From Clostridia bacterium (GTDB taxonomy: Bacteria; Bacillota; Clostridia; Christensenellales; UBA1242): a DNA stretch of 57,306 nt. Under the pieces are notes generated by a model, which did not search any database, was not told the origin of the DNA, and worked only from the letters and a program-made list of their open reading frames with translations. Within the stretch, counting starts at the first letter, position 1. Every line of letters starts with the position of its first letter. Below, piece by piece: positions 40,853 to 49,204 of the stretch. The DNA lies in NCBI GenBank assembly GCA_009929275.1, contig SAAW01000004.1, forward strand, positions 1 through 57,306, given 5' to 3'. The translations under genes and the position numbers were made by a program.

Positions 40853-43800
40853 ATGGACGAAGAAGATGAAAAAGAACTTTTGCCCATCGACGGACAAATT
40901 GAACTTGCGGAGATTTTGGTGCGAGAAGACGAAAATACTCAAAAAAATGACGATGAACGAGAGAAAATTGAAGTCGCAAAAGGGCAAATTTCTATGTTAG
41001 ACAATAAAAACGGAGAAGATATGGAAAAAGAAAAAGATAAAAACAAAGTTAAAAATGCAGTGAAGAAAGTTCAAAAATCGGCAAGCGAAACAAAGAAAAA
41101 TATAAAACAAGTGGATAATAAATCAAAATTAGCACAAAAAACACTTAAAAATGCCGAAAAAACTGCTGATAGCATTGCAAAAGGCTTTGATGATTTGAGG
41201 GAATTTTTAAACAAAGATGCCAGAGATGAAAAGAAAAAAGCGCAAGAAAAACAAACTCCTCCAAAATTGCAGGCGAGGCATGTTATCAAGCGAGAAGTTT
41301 CAAGCGACGACATTTTAAAAATCCTTGAAAACGACGAAAATGCAAAGATTATCGACGATGTGAATAATTTGAACAAGGATTTTGAGGAAGTGGACAAAGA
41401 TGTCGGTAAGGGTGTTTTTTCAAAATATTCAAACAAAAAAGTGTTTAACACTGGTGCTAAAAACTATGAAGAAAAGGTCTATTTTGAAAATTCGGGCGAA
41501 GACGACGGAATGATGTATAAAAATCTTGACACTGTTCTTCACGAATCTATGATGCCATATTCGGAGCATGTCATTTTGGACAGGGCTCTTCCGCGAGTGG
41601 AAGACGGCTTGAAACCTGTGCAGAGAAGAATTCTTTTTTCTATGCTGGAACTTGGCATAACTCCCGACAAAGCATACAAAAAATCGGCACGTATCGTCGG
41701 CAATTGCCTTGGTAAATATCACCCTCACGGCGATAGTTCTGTCTATGACGCTATGGTGAGAATGGCACAGCCGTTCAACTGCAACGAAACGCTTGTGGAC
41801 GGTCATGGCAACTTCGGAAGCGTGGACGGCGACAGTGCGGCTGCAATGAGATACACGGAAGCGAGGCTCACCCCCCTTGCGATGGAACTCTTGCGTGACC
41901 TCGACAAAAACACTGTGAAGTGGGGGTTGAATTTTGACGACACTCTAAAAGAACCAGAGATTTTGCCGGGCAGATTTCCAAATCTTCTCGTCAATGGGGC
42001 TTCGGGGATTGCCGTCGGACTTGCGACGAACATTCCACCTCACAATTTGGAAGAGGTTGTCGACGGAGTCATGGCATACATCGACAATCCTAACATTTCA
42101 CTCAAACAAATGATGAAGATAATTAAAGGCCCTGATTTTCCAACTGGCGGATATGTTTTGAGCACTTCTGAAATAACTCAAGCATATGAAACAGGCAGAG
42201 GAAGAGTTTTTCTGCGTGCAAAAATGCATGTGGAAGGGTTAGGGACGGACAAGAGATGTATTGTCATCACTGAGATGCCTTTTCAAGTTAATAAATCTTC
42301 TCTTTTGCAAAAGATTGCAAACTTTAAAGACGATGATAAATATGGCTTTGGCGACATCGCCGAGATTAGAGATGAATCCGACAGAAAAGGTCAGAGGGCA
42401 GTTATTCGTCTCAAAAAAGATGCAAATTTGAGCAAAATTTATAAATCCCTTCTTCAAAACACTGAACTTCAAGGCACTTTTGGAATCAATATGGTCGCAA
42501 TCGCAGGCGGAAAACCAAAGCAAATGGGACTTATCGACATAATTTCATATTATTCCGAATATCAACGGGAAATTATATATAGACGAACAAAATATGATTT
42601 GGAGCAGGCAAAAGAAAGGGCTCACATTTTGGAGGGACTTATTGTCGCTATCAAAAATATTGATGCTGTGATTAAGATTATCAAATCTTCACCAAACACT
42701 TTGGAAGCCAAAAAAAGACTTAGAGAGAAATTTTTATTCGACGAACGACAAGCGCAAGCAATCCTTGATATGCGCCTTGCAAGGCTCACCAGCCTTGAAG
42801 TCCAAAAATTGCAGGAAGAACTCGCAGGGCTTAAAAAATTGATTGTCGAACTCAGCGAGATCGTCGGCTCGACAAAGAGGCAATATGAAGTGGTCAAAAC
42901 AGAACTTAATGAAATTAAGAAAAAATTTAAGAACCCAAGAAAAACTTTCTTTATGAAAGAAGAGGAAATTGTGCTTGAGGAAGAGAAAGGAGAGGAAGAC
43001 GCGAAAGAACTGACAGTGCTGAAAACCCCGCTTGACAACATTAAGGCGGTGAATTCAAAACAATATAGAATGCTTGCGAAAGAAAACTTTGAAAATGCAA
43101 CTTTAAACGATATTTTCTTGATAAACTTGCCCACTTTGTCGACGGCAACCTTGCTTGCAATGACAAACTTTGGCAATTGTTTTAAAGCCCCTGTATCATC
43201 TTTGGGCGAAAGTAGACTTAGAGATAAAGGCACCCCTGAATGGACAATTTTTAAAGAAATGCAGAAAAACGAACGGATAGTTGCTCTGTTTGACGAGAGT
43301 GAGATGCAAAATAATGGGAATTTACTATTTTTCACAAAATTTGGAATGGTGAAAAAAACTGCAAGGCAAGAAAATTCGCTTTTGAAAAAGACTTATCAGG
43401 TGATTAAACTCAAAGATGGCGATGAACTTTTGAGTGTGGAATACGAGCCAGAAAAGACTTATTCATTTGTGTTTGTGACAAAAAAAGGTATGGTTTTAAA
43501 CGCAAAATCAGACGATGTGCCTGTTCAAGGCAGAGTGTCGAGTGGAGTGAAAGGAGTGTCGCTTTCATGTGAAGATTGTTGCGTGGGCGTTTCCACAGCA
43601 ATCTCTGGCGAGGGTGAAATTCTTTGCGTTTCGGACAAAGGATTTGCAAAACGAGTGGTTGTTTCTCAAATTGACGAAATGGCGAGATATCGAAAAGGTA
43701 TCAAAATTTTGAGCGGTGGAGTTTCGGGCAGTGAAGTAAAACTAGGGAAAGTGGTTAATGAAAGTGGACTGCTTTGCATCGTGGACGAGGAAAACGCACT

Positions 43801-43912
43801 TCATTTTAAAAACACCGACCTTGTGTCTATTGAGGCTCGCACAGGAAAAGGGAAAATGCTTGAAAAAACAAACAAAAATTTTAGCGTTAAAGACTCATTT
43901 TTAATTGTTTAG
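40853..43912 (+). CDS. type IIA topoisomerase subunit A (GyrA/ParC family) with ~219-aa charged N-terminal extension
   Basis: The conserved core starts near 41510 ([43 protein letters not shown]). [14 protein letters not shown] and catalytic [10 protein letters not shown]. No QRRGGKG GyrA box seen in the short CTD. The start is uncertain (40853, 40826 or 40754). Confidence 0.88.
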   Translation: MDEEDEKELLPIDGQIELAEILVREDENTQKNDDEREKIEVAKGQISMLDNKNGEDMEKEKDKNKVKNAVKKVQKSASETKKNIKQVDNKSKLAQKTLKNAEKTADSIAKGFDDLREFLNKDARDEKKKAQEKQTPPKLQARHVIKREVSSDDILKILENDENAKIIDDVNNLNKDFEEVDKDVGKGVFSKYSNKKVFNTGAKNYEEKVYFENSGEDDGMMYKNLDTVLHESMMPYSEHVILDRALPRVEDGLKPVQRRILFSMLELGITPDKAYKKSARIVGNCLGKYHPHGDSSVYDAMVRMAQPFNCNETLVDGHGNFGSVDGDSAAAMRYTEARLTPLAMELLRDLDKNTVKWGLNFDDTLKEPEILPGRFPNLLVNGASGIAVGLATNIPPHNLEEVVDGVMAYIDNPNISLKQMMKIIKGPDFPTGGYVLSTSEITQAYETGRGRVFLRAKMHVEGLGTDKRCIVITEMPFQVNKSSLLQKIANFKDDDKYGFGDIAEIRDESDRKGQRAVIRLKKDANLSKIYKSLLQNTELQGTFGINMVAIAGGKPKQMGLIDIISYYSEYQREIIYRRTKYDLEQAKERAHILEGLIVAIKNIDAVIKIIKSSPNTLEAKKRLREKFLFDERQAQAILDMRLARLTSLEVQKLQEELAGLKKLIVELSEIVGSTKRQYEVVKTELNEIKKKFKNPRKTFFMKEEEIVLEEEKGEEDAKELTVLKTPLDNIKAVNSKQYRMLAKENFENATLNDIFLINLPTLSTATLLAMTNFGNCFKAPVSSLGESRLRDKGTPEWTIFKEMQKNERIVALFDESEMQNNGNLLFFTKFGMVKKTARQENSLLKKTYQVIKLKDGDELLSVEYEPEKTYSFVFVTKKGMVLNAKSDDVPVQGRVSSGVKGVSLSCEDCCVGVSTAISGEGEILCVSDKGFAKRVVVSQIDEMARYRKGIKILSGGVSGSEVKLGKVVNESGLLCIVDEENALHFKNTDLVSIEARTGKGKMLEKTNKNFSVKDSFLIV

Positions 43913-43965
43913 AATTTAGTGCAATATTTTTATAACAAATAATAATTTTTAATAATAAATATGTT

Positions 43966-43998
43966 TGAAAGAGTTTTCTTTCAGGCATATTTTTTTTG
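43966..43998 (+). terminator. putative terminator after the topoisomerase operon
   Basis: Stem TGAAAGA / TCTTTCA, loop GTTT, then a T8 run 6 nt downstream. Confidence 0.5.
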
Positions 43999-44106
43999 CT
44001 TTTATAGTATTTATAAAATAGATGTCATAGTTAAAAAGCATATTTTGATAAAAAAAGACATTTATGGACAAAAGTTGATAATTCCATTTTATTTGGAGGT
44101 TATAGA

Positions 44107-44895
44107 ATGAAGAAGCATAGAGGAAAACTTAGGTTTTATACATTCAAAATGTTTTGGGTTAAAGCAATCCTTCTTATGATGGTGACGCTTTGCGTGCTTT
44201 CAATCAGTTTTGACGGCACGGGGGCTTTGGCACAAGTGTTTTTCAACAAAACTGGCAAAAAACTGCCCGTTTATTGTGTTCAAAACAGTTCTAAACAAAT
44301 TGCAATTTCATTTGATGCCGCGTGGGGCAGTGACAAAACAGAGAGCATACTTAACATTCTTAAAGAGGAGAATGTTCTTGCAAACTTCTTTTTGGTGGGA
44401 ATGTGGGTGGACAAAAACGAGGAATTGACCAAAAAAATCTATGATGCAGGAATGGAAATAGGCACTCACAGCAACACTCATGCCAATTTTACATCTCTTT
44501 CAAAGACGCAAATGGAACTTGAACTGACAGAGAGTGTGAAAAAAATTGAAAATATCACAAAAGAAACAGTCAAATTGTTTCGCACACCTTTTGGGGCATA
44601 TGACAACAATGTCATTTCAGTGGCTGAAAATCTCGGGCTTCAAACAATTCAGTGGGACGTCGATTCTCTTGACTGGAAAGGTATTTCAAGTGAAGAGATT
44701 GTGAAAAACATTCTTAAAAAAGTGAGCAGTGGCTCGATTATTCTTTGCCATAATAACGCCGAAAGCATCGTGGAAGCACTTCCTAGCGTGCTGAAAATCC
44801 TCAAATCGCAAGGCTATGAATTTGTGCATATTAGTGACTTGCTTTTAAAAGAAAACTTTACAATCGACATAACTGGAAGGCAAATTTTAAAATGA
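44107..44895 (+). CDS. NodB-homology polysaccharide deacetylase (PdaA/PdaB-type)
   Basis: SD GGAGG. N-terminal TM/signal. IAISFDAAWGSDKT...NFFLVGMW...GMEIGTHSNTH...IILCHN. Confidence 0.8.
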   Translation: MKKHRGKLRFYTFKMFWVKAILLMMVTLCVLSISFDGTGALAQVFFNKTGKKLPVYCVQNSSKQIAISFDAAWGSDKTESILNILKEENVLANFFLVGMWVDKNEELTKKIYDAGMEIGTHSNTHANFTSLSKTQMELELTESVKKIENITKETVKLFRTPFGAYDNNVISVAENLGLQTIQWDVDSLDWKGISSEEIVKNILKKVSSGSIILCHNNAESIVEALPSVLKILKSQGYEFVHISDLLLKENFTIDITGRQILK

Positions 44896-44926
44896 AAAAA
44901 GTTTAAAATAAAATTGGAGGAAAAAA

Positions 44927-45580
44927 ATGAACTACGAATTAATGGAAAACAACAAAGTTTTTTTAAAAGGAGTTGTGTCGTCTGAGCCGAAGTTTAGCCA
45001 CGAAGTGTTTGGCGAGGGTTTTTATGAATTAGACTTAAAAGTGAAAAGGCTTTCGGATAATTTTGATGTGGTGCGGGTCACCGTTTCCGAAAGACTTCTT
45101 TCAAACGAAGATTTTGCACTTGGGAAATTAGTTGCTATCAAAGGGCAATTTAGGAGTTATAACAAAATTTGCGAAGGGAAAAGTAAACTGCTTTTGACTG
45201 TATTTGTCAGGGAAGTAATTGATTTTGACGACACGATGAACCCAAATATTGTGGAACTCAGCGGTTATGTTTGCAAAGAGCCAATTTTTAGGACGACGCC
45301 TTTTGGCAGAGAAATTTGTGATGTTTTGGTGGCGGTGAACAGAGCATATAATAAGTCGGACTATCTCCCTTGTATTGCTTGGGGGCGAAATGCCAGATTT
45401 GTGAAGTCCATTAAAGTGGGCGAGAAAGTGGACATAATTGGCAGAATTCAAAGTAGAGAATATCAAAAAAAGTTGAATGAAAACGAAGTTTTGACAAAGA
45501 CTGCATATGAGATTTCTCTCAACAAAATTAGAGTGGAAAATATGGAAAATTTCATTGAAAATGACGGGCAGTTGGCTTGA
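44927..45580 (+). CDS. tandem two-OB-fold SSB-like protein
   Basis: SD GGAGGA. Two internally homologous ~100-aa halves (VFLKGVVSSEPKF...IKGQFRSY and VELSGYVCKEPIFRTT...IIGRIQSREY) with an SSB/PriB-like pattern. No canonical acidic D-D-D-I-P-F tail. Confidence 0.6.
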   Translation: MNYELMENNKVFLKGVVSSEPKFSHEVFGEGFYELDLKVKRLSDNFDVVRVTVSERLLSNEDFALGKLVAIKGQFRSYNKICEGKSKLLLTVFVREVIDFDDTMNPNIVELSGYVCKEPIFRTTPFGREICDVLVAVNRAYNKSDYLPCIAWGRNARFVKSIKVGEKVDIIGRIQSREYQKKLNENEVLTKTAYEISLNKIRVENMENFIENDGQLA

Positions 45581-45632
45581 AAAATACTTGAAAATAAAAT
45601 AAAGTTTACCTTTTAAACATTTTTTTAAAATT

Positions 45633-45661
45633 ATATCCCTTTTATAATGGGATATTTTTTT
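45633..45661 (+). terminator. intrinsic terminator after the SSB-like gene
   Basis: Perfect stem ATATCCC / GGGATAT, 9-nt loop, T6. Confidence 0.8.
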
Positions 45662-45727
45662 ATACTAATAAAAAAATTAAAAAATTTAGAAAATAATTAA
45701 AGATGACACATTATGTCAACATAAAGG

Positions 45728-45750
45728 TGATAATATCGAACATATGTTTG
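45728..45750 (+). promoter_or_regulatory. extended -10 promoter with abutting LexA box
   Basis: TGaTAATAT (45728-45736) is followed immediately by CGAACATATGTTTG (45737-45750), which matches 13/14 of CGAACATATGTTCG and covers the expected transcription start. Confidence 0.55.
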
Positions 45751-46014
45751 AAACAGTAAAAAAATTTTGAAATAATTTTAATTTATCTTTTAAAATATTT
45801 TCGACAAAATTCGACAAAACTCAATCTTTCATTATATTTGAGAAAAAGAGTCAAAAATAATTAAAATAGTTTTTAAAGATATTTTAAAAAATTATTCAAA
45901 ATTATGTCATCAAGTCTTGACTTTGCGCATTTTAGTATCTTAAACTGATTGTGTCAAAGCAAAAATTTGCTTATTTTGAACAAATTATAAATTATTTTAA
46001 AAGGAAAATCTTTT

Positions 46015-46554
46015 ATGGAAATGATGAATTTTGAAGTAAAATCTTTGCTTGCAATTTATAATCTTATTCCGCAAGTCGCGGAGTCGATTGACAAGTTGGT
46101 GAGGACGCGTGCAAGTTGCTCGTGTGTGCAGGAGGTCGAAAATGGGGTGGAAAGGCAAATGGAGTCTATCATAAAACTTACCATGCAAAAAGTTAATTTG
46201 ATTAATCTAAAAATCCTCGCCGATGAAACTCTTTGTGAGATGCCTCCAAGACTCTCAAAATTGGTGATTGCGAGGTGTATAGACAAAATGGACATCAATT
46301 TCCTTGCAAGCACTCTTGGCATTAGCGTGCGGGACACATACAGAAAAATTAAGAACGCTTTGCAAGAGTTTAAGCGAGTTTTCCTCAAAATTGTTTTAAA
46401 AAACAAAAAAGTCTGGGACAAGATTGTTAAGAATTTCTTTTGGTTTGACGTGCTTGAAAAGATTAATAAGTTTGAAGATGAGGGCGGTGGGGTTTCTATC
46501 TGTCCAAAATTTGTTTGTAAGATGATTTTGCAAAAATTGAGAAAAATTGTTTAG
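46015..46554 (+). CDS. sigma-70 region-4-like HTH protein (candidate ArpU/RinA-type late-gene activator)
   Basis: 179 aa. LCEMPPRLSKLVIARCIDKMDINFLASTLGISVRDTYRKIKNALQEF resembles sigma region 4 / ArpU-family HTH. It lies upstream of the packaging genes, as phage late activators do. Confidence 0.45.
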   Translation: MEMMNFEVKSLLAIYNLIPQVAESIDKLVRTRASCSCVQEVENGVERQMESIIKLTMQKVNLINLKILADETLCEMPPRLSKLVIARCIDKMDINFLASTLGISVRDTYRKIKNALQEFKRVFLKIVLKNKKVWDKIVKNFFWFDVLEKINKFEDEGGGVSICPKFVCKMILQKLRKIV

Positions 46555-47351
46555 AGAGAATCGTCATAATAATCTTGGATTTGCTTTATTGTTTGAGGCT
46601 TTGAGTGCTTTTTTATACTGCTTGATTTTTGCTCTAGTTTGAATGGTTTGAAAAGGAGATATATCAAAAATAGCGCAGGAAATATAAGTAGAAATAGCAC
46701 CAAAATTTTCAGCCCCGAAGTCATTTCCACAAGATTATAGAGATATGAGTCGTCGTCTTCAAAGGGATTTGAAACATATGTCACCACTTCGGTGTTTAAA
46801 CTTACTGTGGAAGAAGTGTCGCAAAGCCCTTCATAAAGGTAGCCAAAAGTGTCGTTTACATTGCAATAATACCAAGTTGTGCCTCGTTCGCTCACCATTT
46901 CTTCGCCAGAGATTGCCCCATAAAAATTGGCTTGTTGGTGCAGGTCAACTCTTGTTGTCACTGTCCCATTTATTGAAGATGGAGTTGAATAGACATTTCT
47001 GCCGTCGCTTGAAAACACCCAAAAAGTGAAGTTTTCTAAAAAAGGATTTTCGGGCGTCTCGGCAACGGGGGACACTTCATCTTTCAAAACATACCCGACA
47101 AGGTCGCGATATTGTGCTTTATAAAAATAGTCATTAAAATTTGACAGCAGAAGAACAAAATAACTTTCAGGGATAACGAAAAGTGCGTTGTCGCTTATGT
47201 TTCTTTGCGGGAAAGAATAGAAATAGGTGGATGAATTTTCCACTCTTGCATAGGCATAGGTTGTGAGGGAATTCGCTTTGGCAGAGGCTGGTATGTTGCC
47301 ATAAAAAAAGAATAAAAAACAAAAAACGAAAAAAGACATTATGAATTTCAA
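46551..47351 (-). CDS. secreted, membrane-anchored protein with two SH3b-like repeats
   Basis: TTG start 7 nt after AAGGAG. Signal peptide (FFYGNIPASA), two Y..x..GYV/GYLY SH3b-like modules, a C-terminal TM and a charged tail. Confidence 0.6.
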   Translation of the reverse strand: MKFIMSFFVFCFLFFFYGNIPASAKANSLTTYAYARVENSSTYFYSFPQRNISDNALFVIPESYFVLLLSNFNDYFYKAQYRDLVGYVLKDEVSPVAETPENPFLENFTFWVFSSDGRNVYSTPSSINGTVTTRVDLHQQANFYGAISGEEMVSERGTTWYYCNVNDTFGYLYEGLCDTSSTVSLNTEVVTYVSNPFEDDDSYLYNLVEMTSGLKILVLFLLIFPALFLIYLLFKPFKLEQKSSSIKKHSKPQTIKQIQDYYDDSL

Positions 47352-47428
47352 AGTCGTTTCTCCTTTTAAAAAGAATAAAACATATCATTTTAAAATTAAT
47401 AACTTTTATTGTTGAATTGTGGGTGAAA

Positions 47429-48850
47429 ATGAAAGAAAAACTGGAAGCATTAAACAAAATTTTTAAAATACTTAAAATTAGAAAAAACAATAATAAACTT
47501 AAAACATATAATGCTGGCGAAAAAAAACACGAAAAACAGATTGCGTTTCACAAATGTCCCAAAAAAAATAGGTGGGTGTTTGGCGGGAATAGGACGGGCA
47601 AAACGGAATGCGGTGCAGTGGAAACTGTCTATCTGGCACGTGGTTGTCACCCTTACAGAAAGGTTGAAGGTGCAACGGAAGGCTGGGTGGTGAGTTTGTC
47701 GCGTCAGGTGCAAAGAGATGTGGCGCAGAGAAAGGTTTTGTTCTATTTGAACAAAGATTGGATTGAAGAAATTGTGATGAACGAGGGTAGAAAAGACTTC
47801 CCCGAAAATGGAATAATTGATTATATTTTGATTAAAAATGAGTTTGGGACGACTAGCAAGATTGGCTTTAAGAGTTGCGATCAAGGCAGAGAAAAATTTC
47901 AAGGAACGGGGCTGAACTATGTCTGGTTTGACGAGGAGCCACCCGAAGAAATTTATGTTGAGTGTAAGATGAGAGTGCTTGACAAGTGCGGTATTATTTT
48001 CGGCACAATGACTCCGCTTAAAGGCTTGACTTGGGTCTATGACACAATATTTTTGAATGAGAGAAGCGACGAAGAGGTGTGGTTTTGCCAAATGGAATGG
48101 CGAGACAACCCTTTTTTGAATGAGAGAGAGATTGAAAGTTTTGAACATAGTTTGTCCAAAGAAGATTTGGAAGCACGAAAATACGGGCGTTTTGTGGGCA
48201 CGCAGGGGCTTGTGTATAAGGAATTTGATGAGAGAGTAAATGTTATTGAGCCTTTTAATATACCAAAAGAATGGTTTGACAATATGTCCATCGACCCTGG
48301 GCTAAACAATCCGCTTTCTTGTCATTGGTATGCCGTGGATTATGATGGGAATGTGTTTGTGGTGGCGGAATATTTTCAGAAAAATAAAGACATTGATTAT
48401 CACGCAAATGAAATTAAAAAAATTTGCGAAAGACTTTCTTGGCACAAAACAAGTGCTGGAAATTTCGAGTCGCTCATCGACAGTGCGGCAAATCAACGCA
48501 CTCTAAATGGCGTTAGAAGCGTGGCAGAACTCTTTTGCGAAAGGGGAATAATGGTGAATACAAAAGTGAATAAGGATTTGTTTGCTGGCATTTCTGTCGT
48601 GAAAAGTTATCTCAAAAATGAACAAGGACAAGCCCGACTTTTCATTTTTAGCACTTGCGTTAATCTCATAAGAGAGATGAAAACATACTTTTGGGGCGAC
48701 GGCGACAATCCTGTGAAGAAAGACGACCATTGCCTCGACGAACTTAGATATTATCTTATGTCAAAGCCACAAGCACGAGAGCGAAAAAAAAGCGAGATTG
48801 AGAAACATAAGGAAAAGTTGATTAGGCAAAAACGAAGGAATAATTTTTGA
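47429..48850 (+). CDS. terL: phage terminase large subunit
   Basis: Walker A GGNRTGKTE, Walker B LNYVWFDEEP, nuclease-domain motifs SIDPG and DDHCLDELRYY. ATG at 47429 (TTG 47417 is an alternative). Confidence 0.85.
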   Translation: MKEKLEALNKIFKILKIRKNNNKLKTYNAGEKKHEKQIAFHKCPKKNRWVFGGNRTGKTECGAVETVYLARGCHPYRKVEGATEGWVVSLSRQVQRDVAQRKVLFYLNKDWIEEIVMNEGRKDFPENGIIDYILIKNEFGTTSKIGFKSCDQGREKFQGTGLNYVWFDEEPPEEIYVECKMRVLDKCGIIFGTMTPLKGLTWVYDTIFLNERSDEEVWFCQMEWRDNPFLNEREIESFEHSLSKEDLEARKYGRFVGTQGLVYKEFDERVNVIEPFNIPKEWFDNMSIDPGLNNPLSCHWYAVDYDGNVFVVAEYFQKNKDIDYHANEIKKICERLSWHKTSAGNFESLIDSAANQRTLNGVRSVAELFCERGIMVNTKVNKDLFAGISVVKSYLKNEQGQARLFIFSTCVNLIREMKTYFWGDGDNPVKKDDHCLDELRYYLMSKPQARERKKSEIEKHKEKLIRQKRRNNF

Positions 48851-48871
48851 AAGTAAAAAAAGGAAAAAAAA

Positions 48872-49168
48872 ATGGAAATTGAAAAAAATTTTGATAAAAA
48901 TTTAAAAAATAAAAATATCATCTTAACTTCACTTTTTGATTTGGCAAAAGGGTGTATTTTGAAAGAAAAGACAGAAGATTTTGTGACAGATTTGGAGGGA
49001 AACATCAGCCTTAAAAATAGAAAAATTGTGAGAAAACAACTTGCCCCAGATTTGCAAGCGATAAAAGTTTTAATGGACCTTAAAATTCACGAAGACTTTG
49101 AAGAAATGACAGATGAACAACTTCAAAAAGAAAAAGAAAGACTGCTTGAAGAAATTAAAAATTGTTAA
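48872..49168 (+). CDS. hypothetical small protein (possible small-terminase remnant or accessory)
   Basis: 98 aa, SD AAAGGAAAAA. The segment KQLAPDLQAIKVLMDLK is faintly reminiscent of the small-terminase C-terminal P-D-x-x-A-x-x-F/W-L motif. This is a memory-based, weak resemblance. Confidence 0.5.
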   Translation: MEIEKNFDKNLKNKNIILTSLFDLAKGCILKEKTEDFVTDLEGNISLKNRKIVRKQLAPDLQAIKVLMDLKIHEDFEEMTDEQLQKEKERLLEEIKNC

Positions 49169-49204
49169 AAATTTAAAAAAGGTTTTTATAAAAGAGGAGA
49201 AAAA

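Noticed and set aside
42622-43335. Long antisense ORFs inside the topoisomerase A gene (237 aa), the portal gene (49798..50475, 225 aa), terL (47450..48148, 232 aa) and queA (10595..11119, 174 aa)
   Set aside because: They lie opposite well-supported genes. Their products are Ser/Phe/Leu-rich low complexity, as expected from reading AAA/GAA/AAG-rich codons backwards (TTT/TTC/CTT, which yield no stops). They have no SD sites, so they are a compositional artefact.
45778-45795. Possible att-type direct repeat: TAATTTATCTT at about 45779-45789 and again at about 55638-55648, flanking the phage-like island
   Set aside because: Only 11 identical nt in very AT-rich spacers with no integrase to use them, so chance cannot be excluded. 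Noted so that it can be checked against empty sites in related genomes.
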